DNA of 63,278 nt, counting the filler, from Octopus bimaculoides (Eukaryota), in NCBI RefSeq assembly GCF_001194135.2. It is 5 parts of 5 records of this genome, joined end to end, with 100 filler letters (N's around TTAATTAATTAA, not from the genome) between each part and the next. Parts side by side here need not be neighbours in the genome. Positions count along the whole stretch, not along the records: positions 1 to 29,922 come from NC_069005.1; positions 30,023 to 42,510 come from NC_068984.1; 3 more parts are not named here. One strand, given 5' to 3'. The position numbers and the translations under genes are program-made. Shown one piece after another: positions 27,889-38,520 of the stretch. Below the pieces are notes generated by a model. The model was not told the origin of the DNA and did not search any database. It saw only the letters and a program-made list of their open reading frames with translations. Position 1 is the first letter of the stretch. Each line of letters begins with the position of its first letter.

Positions 27889-28540
27889 GCACCTATGTAG
27901 ATAGATAGTCAGAGAGAGAGGGTGAGGGGCAGACAGACAGGCAGATGGTTCCATTTCTTGACAATTCTTCTTTGATGTTATTTCCGCACTGCGTTAAAGC
28001 ATCTTCATCAAATACTGAAGAAGGGGTTTGGGGGTGGAGATGTTAAGGTCAGCACCACGTAACATTTGGCATGTGATAAAGCTCATAAACTATACTCTAA
28101 GGTGTTTTATAACTTCTTTTATCGATATGTGACACCGCAGCAGTGGGAGAAACCTGGAAGCAGAGGCAAGTATGTTATCAAGGAAAAAAGTTTAGGTTGA
28201 TAAACCTGCTGACTTTTCTTCTCAAGAACCGATAACAAATGTTTCTTTATTACTAACTTAACAGATTGGTGAAGTTTTTGCGCTGTTTTTTTTTTTTTGT
28301 TTTCCTCTTCTTTCTACGAACAGATGAAATGAATACCTTCGCCTCGCATAAAACGTACCCCTACTCTCTCTTTCCAGTAGAATCACTTACCTTTCTGTGC
28401 AAACCAAACTACCACATATTGTTTGTCTTGTTCAGTGGTTTCCAACCATTTTTTTTCACCTATGGAACCCTTTTGATTTCTATTTTACTTGGGTGGACCC
28501 TCTAAGCCATTCAGTGTTTAAAAAAAATCCTGTTATATTT

Positions 28541-28818
28541 TCTTTTATTCTTTTATTTGTTTCAGTCATTTGACTGTGACCATGCTGGGGCACCACCTTT
28601 AATCAAGCAAATCGACCCCAGGACTTATTCTGTGTAAGACTAGAACTTATTCTATCGATGGGCTTCTTTCAGTTTCCGTCTACCAAATCCACTCACAAGG
28701 CTTTGGTCAGTCTGAGGCTGTAGTAGAAGACACTTGCCCAAGGTGCCATACAGTGGGACTGAACCCGAAACCATGTGGTTCATAAGCATGCTACTTACCA
28801 CGCAGCCACTCCTGTGCC
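28541..28818 (-). mobile_element. SINE family A, internally deleted copy
   Basis: Family A 3' tail joined directly to the head region; the internal microsatellite block is missing. Confidence 0.8.
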
Positions 28819-29922
28819 TTGAACAAAATCTTATATGAACCCCAAAGGCTCATATGGACTGCAGGTGTGAACCACTTCTCTAGTTGTATGCATTAGCCCT
28901 CTCTGGTCATAATGAATTGTTTAATTATAAAAACAAAGGAAACTGGAATTTACCCCTCTTCTTCAAACCCTCTTTGTCATCATCATCACTACTACCACCA
29001 CCATCATCAGCAGCAGTAGTACATCACTTCCTCCTTCGTTCCAGACCCCCCCCCCTCTTCATCCTCAGTTTTCCTGTTCTTCAAACCTTCTTCGTTATCA
29101 TTCATCAATCCATGCTTGCTTTACCACACCTTGTAAGTCTTAAGGCGTTTACATCCTTTCATTCGTTTTCATTGTTGATTCTGTTGCTGAGATTCCATTA
29201 TTTGTTCGTAGCTGTGGTAACTAGATCAAGTTTAGGCGGTTTCCCTTGGAAAACATTCCTGTACAATGGATTTCTTGCTGTAAAGGTATTATTCACTGGA
29301 ATTGTACAGAATTGCAAACTTAATCTTCACAGTTTTGCTTGGGAAGCTCTGACACCCCCAAAGTGAACAGTTAAATCCTTGAAAAAACTAGGAAGGAAGC
29401 ATGTAAATTCTCTCTTTTCAGAAAGCATTTTGAAATGGTTTGAATCGCGATTCGGGTTGTATTGTTGTGTTTTGAGGCAAAACACTTGATTTGCTTGAAA
29501 TTACATGACTTCATGAAATATCATTTATTTGTTTCTCTATTGGCTTTCAATTTATTTTTTTTCTCTTGACTCCATATTAATGCATTTGTGATAAGCAATC
29601 GAAAGAATCAGGAGTGAGAAGTGTTTCCTGTTCGTACACCTCTCTAGAAATTTATCCATGAAAAAACAAAAAAAACCCCTCTGGGTTCTCTTTTGTTTGA
29701 TGCTGAATTACTTTCTTGTAGTGACAAGAATTTCAGTCGAAGCAAGCGGAAGAATAAAAGACAGAGAAAGAACATATCTATGCAAGTCAGACCTGCAGTT
29801 TTTTAGTTGTTGTTTGATTTTTTTCCCCTCGTTGTTGCAATGTAATTTAGTTTAATTTTAATTAATAATTATTTTCGTTGATGGGTATGCAAGCCCTCAC
29901 TTGATAATCTGGTTACCTTCTC

Positions 29923-30022
29923 NNNNNNNNNNNNNNNNNNNNNNNNNNNNNNNNNNNNNNNNNNNNTTAATTAATTAANNNNNNNNNNNNNNNNNNNNNN
30001 NNNNNNNNNNNNNNNNNNNNNN
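29923..30022. other. Artificial scaffold linker (44 N + TTAATTAATTAA + 44 N)
   Basis: Exactly 100 bp, palindromic, stop codons in all six frames. Identical constructs at 42511-42610, 55103-55202 and 61399-61498. Confidence 0.95.
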
Positions 30023-30066
<44 letters not shown>

Positions 30067-30325
30067 GATATTGTCAGTTTGTCTACATCTTCATAATTTA
30101 GTGGTTTTGTATAAGGGAACTGATAGAATAAGTAACAGGCTTAAAAAGAAGTAATATGCTTGATTTCTTTAACTAAACCTGTCAAGGCGGTGCTGCTGCC
30201 TGATCACAGTCCATTGATTCGAGTAAAAGGTAAACGATGAAGCAAATTGGATATTGATTGATAATGTTATCGGTTTACTTGCTTTATGTATTAACGATGT
30301 GTCTGTTTCCTTGTATCTTTTTCAG

Positions 30326-30441
30326 GTTTGCCTGTTTCTCCTGGCAGTGGTGGCATGTGGGAATCTCAGCTTCTCAAAATTCCAGCAGTCTCTCCTTCCA
30401 TAATGAATTGTTGTGTTATGAAGGTGGATTATTTTGTTAAG
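30326..30441 (+). CDS. ARRDC3: Alpha-arrestin (ARRDC3-like), internal exon in the arrestin-C domain
   Basis: Acceptor tttttcag at 30318-30325 and donor AAG|gtatcg at 30442. Encodes (G)LPVSPGSGGMWESQLLKIPAVSPSIMNCCVMKVDYFVK, matching the alpha-arrestin W...L.IP.V.PS...C..I.V.Y pattern. Ends in phase 0, in frame with the next exon. The symbol denotes the ARRDC2/3/4/TXNIP clade, not strict orthology. Confidence 0.9.
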
Positions 30442-31045
30442 GTATCGTATTCTGTCTTGAGCTTCTCCATTGACAATTTTGATCTGAATATGCTGCGAGC
30501 TGGCAAAACTGTCAGCACATCAGGCAAAATACTCAGCAGCATTTCATCTATCTTTACATTCTGAGTTCTACTTCAGCCAAGGTTGACTTCGCTTTTCATC
30601 CTTTCAGGGTGCTTGTTTGTTTGTTTGTCCATGGACAAGATATCTCAAGAACTGCTGGATGGATTTGGGTGAAACTTTCAGAGATGCTTGGCCTTGTGAC
30701 TGGCATGAACTGATTAGATTTTGGGATCGATCTGGTACAGGCCAAGAATTCTGGATTATTTTTTCTGTTTTCTACTTAATTTTTGAAAGTACCAGTTGAA
30801 TACTGGGGTCGATGTAATTGATTCACCCCTCCTCCAAAATTACTGGCCTTGTGCCAAAATTTGAAATTAATATGTTAGTGTTTTTTAACTCTCTTAAGAT
30901 GGATTGATTTTAATGATTTTTCTTTAATAGCTTAGGCAGCCAATTGAAACTGTCTGTGCCCATGATTTTCACTGGCTCTCCAATACTGCAAGATCAATGT
31001 CCAACCTAATCATTTGGAAGTCAATGTCTGCAAAATAAATAAATT

Positions 31046-31385
31046 GGCATGAGCATGGCTGTGTGGTAAGAAGCTTGCTTTCCAACCACATGGTTCTGGG
31101 TTCAGTCCCACTTGGGCAAGTGTCTTCTATTATAACCTTGGGATGACCAAAGCCTTGTGAGTGGATTTGATAGACAGAAACTGAAAGAAGCCTGTCGTAT
31201 GTGTGTGTGTGTGTGTATCTATGTGTGTATTTGTGTCTGTGTTTGTCCCCCCCCCATCACCGCTTGATAGAATAAATACTAGGCATAACAAAAAATAAGT
31301 ACTGGGGTCAATTCATTTGACTAAAAAGAATGCTCCAGCATGACCACAGTCAAATGAGTGGAACAAGTAAAAGTATAAAAGAATA
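31046..31385 (+). mobile_element. SINE family A in an ARRDC intron
   Basis: Matches the family A head, core and tail. Confidence 0.8.
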
Positions 31386-31890
31386 AATAAATGAATATGT
31401 AAATGAATAAATACATATATAAAACAAGAGCACTCAGAGAGCACAAACCTCTGCCAAGGCAACACCAATGTCTTCTCAACGATTAGCCAGAGATGATTTT
31501 TAAAATGAGAATATCTGAAATAAACTTGATTGCTCTCACAAACGAGAATACTAAAAATGAACCCGACCACTCTCAAAAATTAAGTAGAAAACAGAAATAT
31601 TGGGGAAACCACTTTGAAGGGTTGACCCCAGCACTTACTTTGTTTGAACCTGGAACCATGTGGTTGGGAAGCAAGCTTCTTACCATACAAATAAATAAAA
31701 TAAAAGGTTGATTTCTGTGGATTTGATAGAGCTGGCCCCTATCAAAAGTGACATACTGAGAGACCAAGTTCAGCTAGTTTGAATGCTAAAGCATTTATCG
31801 TCAAAACTGAATCTATGCAGACTAATATGAATGCGATCTAAGTCAAACAATATATAAATTTGGTTTTCTTTTTTATCTTCCAATTTTTAG

Positions 31891-32098
31891 GTTGCATTGC
31901 ACATCCCAGGATCATACAATCTGACGCTACAGCTACCCGTGGTGATAGGTACTGTTCCCTATCGAAGAGCACGTCCTTATCACTACTCTTCCGAACCTCG
32001 ATACTGCCGACCACTCCAACCACAAACATGTAGCCTAAACCTATTACCTTTACCGCCACCTTACAGAGAAACTGTTACCCCACCACCTCCATTCGAAG
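31891..32098 (+). CDS. ARRDC3: Alpha-arrestin exon: end of arrestin-C domain and first PPxY
   Basis: Acceptor aatttttag|GTT and donor GAAG|gtaagt. Encodes VALHIPGSYNLTLQLPVVIGTVPYRRARP...LPPPYRETVTPPPPFE; LPxxIGTVP is the canonical end of the arrestin-C fold. 208 nt, phase 0 in and phase 1 out. Confidence 0.93.
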
Positions 32099-33153
32099 GT
32101 AAGTTGGTCAGTTAGGAGTATTACTAATAAATATGTTGCTACACCTATTGTAAATTTTTATTTTAAGTGTAAGATATTTCCCGGTATTAACCTAATTTTC
32201 ACTTAAATAATCTGCAGGCTTTGCTGAAGTGTGTGTGTGTAGACAGGTGCATGCATGACACTGTATTTAAGAATTTGGGTTTCAGCCATGTGATTTTGGG
32301 TTCAGACTGTCTGCATGGTACCCTGGGTAGGTGTCTTTACTATAGCTTCAGACTGATCAAAACCTTGTAAGTTGAGGGAAACTGAAAGAAACTCTTCACA
32401 CACATACATGCATGCATGCACACACACACACACATACATACATGTGTATGTGCGTGTGTGTGTATGGTAGGACTTATGCGGCGGTGGGGATTGTGTCTCC
32501 CTCATATGAGCAGTGTCCTTCACTTCCCAGTCTTCTTCAGAAACATGTCTTGCATGGGGAAATAAAACTTTGCTTAGAAACAAGTGGAGGTTGGGAATGA
32601 GAAGAGCACCTAGCTGCAGAAAATCTGCCTCGAAAATTTCTGTTTGACTCCTGCAAGCATGGAAAATGAGTGTTAAAACAATGATGATGATATAAGCCGA
32701 AAGGAACCCAATTAAAGCACAATCTTATAAAAGCAAGTATGTTGAAACTTCGGATTCAATGTCAACCTTTTCCTTGTTAATAAATAAATACATATGTACT
32801 CGACTAAAAAGTATTAAGTAATCCTTCAGTTTATTGTTAAACTATTTTTATATACAACATGATATAANNNNNNNNNNNNNNNNNNNNNNNNNNNNNNNNN
32901 NNNNNNNNNNNNNNNNNNNNNNNNNNNNNNNNNNNNNNNNNNNNNNNNNNNNNNNNNNNNNNNNNNNNNNNNNNNNNNNNNNNNNNNNNNNNNNNNNNNN
33001 NNNNNNNNNNNNNNNNNNNNNNNNNNNNNNNNNNNNNNNNNNNNNNNNNNNNNNNNNNNNNNNNNNNNNNNNNNNNNNNNNNNNNNNNNNNNNNNNNNNN
33101 NNNNNNNNNNNNNNNNNNNNNNNNNNNNNNNNNNNNNNNNNNNNNNNNNNNNN

Positions 33154-33188
<35 letters not shown>

Positions 33189-34011
33189 TTCCTTTCTGTT
33201 AGGAGGTACAGGCATTTATAAAGTATTTGTAGTGGTAAAACTGCCTGTGTGGTGCCATGTAAAAGTACCTGTGTGGTGCTGCATAAAGGTACCTATCCAG
33301 TGCCACGTAAAAGCATCCAGCACACTGTGGTTGGTGTTAGGAAGGGCATCCAGCCATAGAAACCATGCCAAATCAGACTGGAGTCTGGTACAGCTCCCCA
33401 GCTTGCCAGCTCTGGTCAAACCATCCAACCCATACCAACATGGTTGATGGATGTTAAATGATGATCTATATATACGTGTGTGTGTGTGTGTATTTATACT
33501 AGCCTGCTCGCCTAGCCAGCAGGCTGGCAGCATTCAAAAGCTAAAACAATGTGAAGCGCATTGTGACCAGCAATGTATACCAACATCTGATAATCTGGTT
33601 GATATCATGCACAGGCATGGCTGTGTGGTAAGAAGCCTGCTTTCCAACCACATGGTGCTGGTGTGTTTATGTCCCTGTAACTTAGCAGTTTGTCAAATGA
33701 GACTGATAAAATAAGTACCAGGCTTAAATTAATAAGTACTGGGGTTGATTCATTTGACTAGAAATTCTCTTAGGCAGTGCTCCAGCGTGGTTGCAATCTG
33801 AAACAAGTAAAAGATGTGTGATTTTGTTTACTGTTGAAAATTTCTGTAGTTTGTTCATCTCCCTTTCTCCTCTACCAAATCCATTTACAAGGCTTTTGGT
33901 TGGCTTGGAGCCTTAGTAGAAGACACTTGCCAAAAATACTGTGCAGTGGGACTGAACCTGAAACCATGTGATTGGGAAGTGAACACCTTAACCACACAGC
34001 CATGCTTGCAC

Positions 34012-34045
<34 letters not shown>

Positions 34046-34808
34046 ATTCCTCTCTTTGTTTACATCTGTTTTCAATTATATGAAAGTCACAACATTTGAG
34101 CAATGTTGTTGTTGGCACTTCCCCTGTAATAAATCATTTGCTTATTTCACATCTTCAATGCTGGATGGAATAAGAAATCTGTTGCTAGAAAAAACAGGTA
34201 AAAGTTAGTATCAGGAAGGGCATCCAACAAACAATGTTAAAGTAACATATTTGTATAACCCATGCTAACATGAGTAAAGCAAATACGAAAACAAATATAT
34301 GGATGTATATTGGTAGTAGCTGAAGCCACTTGAATTGTTCCTTTGAGTTTCACATTGCTGATTATTTAAATAAATCAAGAAGGGAAGCAGCATGACAACA
34401 TATAAGCAAAAATATTAAACACATTGAGAAACATATTCATAATTGTGATTTGATTAGTAAATCCATCATATCATCATCATCATTATCATCATTTAACATC
34501 CATCTTCCATGCTAGCATGGATTGGACAGTGCTAGCATGAGTTAGATGGCTGCTAGCATTCACCTATTCAATTGTTCTATGTAAAAGACATGATATACTC
34601 CTCTTTTCACATGCAAAAGCATATTCTCATGCCTTGCATTTTATATGTGAAATTTAAAAGCAAAGTCATCAGCTATCATTAGTATAGTTTTAGTGTTGAT
34701 GAAAATCTAAGTTTTTTTTTTTTTGTTCTCCACATGTAGCTGTCTTTCAGAGAATGGCAAATCCATGATGTGGGAAATAAACTATTTGGATGATGTTGAT
34801 GATGGGGC

Positions 34809-34839
<31 letters not shown>

Positions 34840-35615
34840 TCTCTCTCCCTCTCTCTCTNNNNNNNNNNNNNNNNNNNNNNNNNNNNNNNNNNNNNNNNNN
34901 NNNNNNNNNNNNNNNNNNNNNNNNNNNNNNNNNNNNNNNNNNNNNNNNNNNNNNNNNNNNNNNNNNNNNNNNNNNNNNNNNNNNNNNNNNNNNNNNTACT
35001 GTGCTCTGACTAGGTGTAAATTGACATCTTTCATATTTGAATTAGCATAGTGATGGAAAACAATTATGGGATTACTGTTGTCACTGCATGCAATCTGCGT
35101 CCAATGACCTAATCTAAGAACAGTAAAAGTGGTGTCAGGTAGGGGTCCTCAACCACCTGGCTGTAGATCTGTTCCAGGCTGTGGATCATTTGGTACCGTG
35201 CTGCTCAGAAAGAATATATTTTCAAATTTTATTTCTATTGCAGTCTGCAAGGTGGTTTTGCATTGTTATATGTAATAATTAAATTATATATTATGCAGTT
35301 TGTTGTGTTTTGTTATCTTCATATTTTCCCAGTCTGTGGAAGAATTGTCGTGCATGGAACTGGTCCATGGTGCAAAAATGTTTGGAGACTGCTGGTATAA
35401 AGGACAGCATATCCTCTTGTTTTCACTGTACCAAGTTTTTGGCCTATAGATAATCTATAAATCATGTTTTAGTCTTCCTCTTCAACTTCCCCTAATCATG
35501 GAAACACTGCAGAAACTGTCATAGACACTATCTTTCTTTTTCTGATTAAGTTATAAAAAATTTTGTAAATAAATTCTATTTACATTTATATATCTTTTTT
35601 CTTTCTTTCTTGCAG

Positions 35616-35761
35616 AACCTCCAACATATGCTGAGAGTGTTGGCGGTGCAGTTGATATTCGTGATGAAGATGATGATCTAACATGTAATATGGGAGATCT
35701 CACCTATACACCAATGTATACATATGTATACGATTACAGACCTCCACCAGCCTATTCAGAG
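35616..35761 (+). CDS. ARRDC3: Alpha-arrestin exon with two PPxY motifs
   Basis: Acceptor ttctttcttgcag|AA and donor GAG|gtaaat. G+AA completes a Glu codon with the previous exon. Encodes EPPTYAESVGGAVDIRDEDDDLTCNMGDLTYTPMYTYVYDYRPPPAYSE. Confidence 0.93.
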
Positions 35762-36511
35762 GTAAATTTCAAACCTCCTTCTCTTGTTCATTGTTTTGAT
35801 GTAATGTTCTTTTATGTGTGTATATGTATTGGTACTTATTTATTCAAAGCTGAAGTTACTATGAGTTTCCAGTTATGAGCAGCAGAAACCTAGTGTTAGT
35901 GACACACAGTAAAGACTGTTTCAAGTTTATGAATAAACTCTACAGACGGTATCAAGTACATTTTCCTCTTGTTTGCACATCAAGAGGTGTATATATGGAG
36001 GTAGGTGGAAGCTGAAAGAAGTTCTTTGTATACATATATCTGTGAGTGTGTTCATGTAGCTTTGTCTTGACATCACATGCTAATTGTAAATGAAGATACT
36101 GGTGATGGTGTTTGTTTACACTCTTCTCCTGAAAACATGTCCAGCCATTGTAATGTTCATATTTGAAGGATTAGGGAACATATTAACCTTATTCAGAAAC
36201 AGGTGAGGATCAGTGACAGGAAGAACATCTGCCTCTATAAATTTCATTTGAGCCATGCAGGCATGGAAAATTGGATTTTAAAATGATGATGACAGTGATA
36301 TATATTACATACATACATACAGATACTGTAGTGAGTTGCTGAAATTTGAACTGGTTCACTGAGCTAACAAAATTTTAACAACAGCTTCATGGAAAAAAAG
36401 CAAGCAAAATCTTCTATTATTGAGAATGAAATATTGTTTCATTATGAGTTGAAGGTCTAAAAATAAAAATAAAGGTAAAATCTGGAATCCATGGAAACTG
36501 GTGATAGTTCT

Positions 36512-36738
36512 TATTTCTTTACTGCCCACAAGGGGTTACACACAGAGGGGACAAACAAAGACAGACAAACGGATTAAGTCGATTATATCGACCCCTGTGC
36601 GTAACTGGTACTTATTTAATCGACCCCGAAAGGATGAAAGGCAAAGTCGACCTTGATGGAATTTGAACTTAGAACGTAGTGGCAGACGAAATGCCGCTAA
36701 GCATTTCGCATGTCGTGTTAATGTTTCTGCCAGCTCGC
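36512..36738 (-). mobile_element. SINE family B variant with 14-bp TSD
   Basis: Flanking direct repeat ctggtgatagttct at 36498-36511 and 36739-36752 (the first base or two may belong to the SINE head). Confidence 0.9.
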
Positions 36739-36812
36739 CTGGTGATAGTTCTGTCCAGTTGATCTCATTCAGTATAAAGTTCAGTGGAGTAGAGTGTTTT
36801 GTTACTCTCGCC

Positions 36813-37146
36813 CAGGGGTTCTTGACCATTTTTTACTTATGGACCCCTTCGATTATTATTTTATTCGAGTAGAACCCCATTGCCATTCGATGTTTAAAAA
36901 CTAGTTTTATAGAAATTTCTTACAAAGTTCCTATTTTGTTTTCCACACATTAACTTGTGTAGGTTGATGTGTGTAAAGCATCTGAAAAAGAAATCTAGCT
37001 GTTTCTTGGAATACGTACCAATACATGCTTACATCTAAAGCAAAGTTTCATCAGGGGCCCTTAAAATACTATTGTGGATCCCCAATTTACTATTGTGTTA
37101 TGTGGACCCCCCAAAATCTTTTATGGACTCCAGTTGAAAACCACTG
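36813..37146. mobile_element. hAT (Charlie-like) MITE
   Basis: Ends CAGGGGTTCTTGAC / GTTGAAAACCACTG, with 8-bp flanks ctctcgcc / ctctagcc (7/8 identical). Sister copy at 59620-59942. Confidence 0.8.
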
Positions 37147-37231
37147 CTCTAGCCCCTTATATGAGAGTGAGGAAATGAGGGAGAAACTAATGTTGAGGGT
37201 TAGCATGTGATGTCAAAGCAAAGCTACATGA

Positions 37232-37262
<31 letters not shown>

Positions 37263-38017
37263 TATGCATACAAAGGACTTCTTTCAGCTTCCACCTATCT
37301 ACTTATATACCTACATATATAACCTCTGCCTCTACGAATTTCATTTGATCCACGCAGGCATGGAAAATTGGATGTTAAAATGATGATGACCAAGCAAAAG
37401 TGTAGTGTGTGTGAGAGAAAGAAAGAGAGTGAAAAGCCAAGTGGATGAAGTGAATGAAAGACGAGAGGCAGAAAAGCAGATAGATAACACATCTCTGATA
37501 TAACCATGTAAAAGATACATTCGACAGGTTAAAGTATAATAGAGTAGGGAGGTCGATAGGTACAATGCATTCAATAACCACACAGTTACAATGACATTAA
37601 AAGGGAGAAGAGTTGTGGTGATATAGAGTTACAGGCAAAGCGACAGAAAGTTGTGGTGAGGGGTAACATACATGCAAACACAGATACACCCATATGCAAT
37701 TACATGCATAAATGCATCACAAAATTCCAATATGTTCGTGTACGTATAAACAGTCATACATCTTCTCGTTGACCAACGCTCTGAACTTAACGTGGAAATA
37801 TTAAAATCTAAACTTAATATGAATGTAGAGAATTTAATGCATCAAACTTGTGATTAACTTTCACTTCAAATAATTAGAGGACCAAACTGAACTGGAAGCA
37901 CAGATGGGTACAGTTATTTGACATGGTGGTGTGATTGACATTTTGACTTTTCCCAGTAAGTCTGTCTTTAGCATCCAGCAAGAAGTCAACCAGTTCACCA
38001 CAGTATATATATATATG

Positions 38018-38055
<38 letters not shown>

Positions 38056-38098
38056 TATATATATATGATTTTATATCCATATATATGATTTTATATAT

Positions 38099-38520
38099 AT
38101 CATCATCATCATCGTTTAACGTCCGCTTTCCATGCTAGCATGGGTTGGACGATTTGACTGAGGACTGGTGAAACCAGATGGCTACACCAGGCTCCAATCT
38201 GATTTGGCAGAGTTTCTNNNNNNNNNNCTACAGCTGGATTCCCTTCCTAATGCCAACCACTCTGAGAGTGTAGTGGGTTCTTTTACGTGCCACCGGCACG
38301 AAGGCCAGTCAGGCGGTACTGGCAACGGCCACGCTCAAAATGGTGTATTTTGTGTGCCACCTGCACAAGAGCCAGTCCAGGGGCACTAGCAACAATCTCG
38401 CTCAAAAATCCTTACACATGTCACGGGCACAAGTGCCAGAAAGGCGACGCTGGGCACAGGTGCCATCCCGATTTTGCTTTCACTTGCCCCAATAAGTCTT
38501 CGCAAGCTGAGTTTCGTGTA
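38099..38520 (-). mobile_element. (GAT)n-tailed SINE/LINE-tail family D
   Basis: Minus strand ends ...ccaacccatgctagcatggaaagcggacgttaaacgatgatgat. Copies also at 38912-39194, 42611-42836, 52551-52915, 53190-53463, 49633-50145, 33236-33465 and 41397-41630. Confidence 0.85.

Noticed and set aside
28884-29366. 160-aa ORF
   Set aside because: Low-complexity S/P/L/F composition from pyrimidine-rich intron-like DNA; no domain or splice support.
1-30325. Carbohydrate-response element (paired CACGTG-like E-boxes 5 bp apart), as known for TXNIP/ARRDC4
   Set aside because: None found by eye, and the ARRDC promoter is not located in this window.
9677-35050. Long ORFs containing X runs (e.g. 19314-20500, 26015-26744, 27290-27954)
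   Set aside because: They are open only because N gaps and (TA)n/(CA)n flanks contain no called stop codons.
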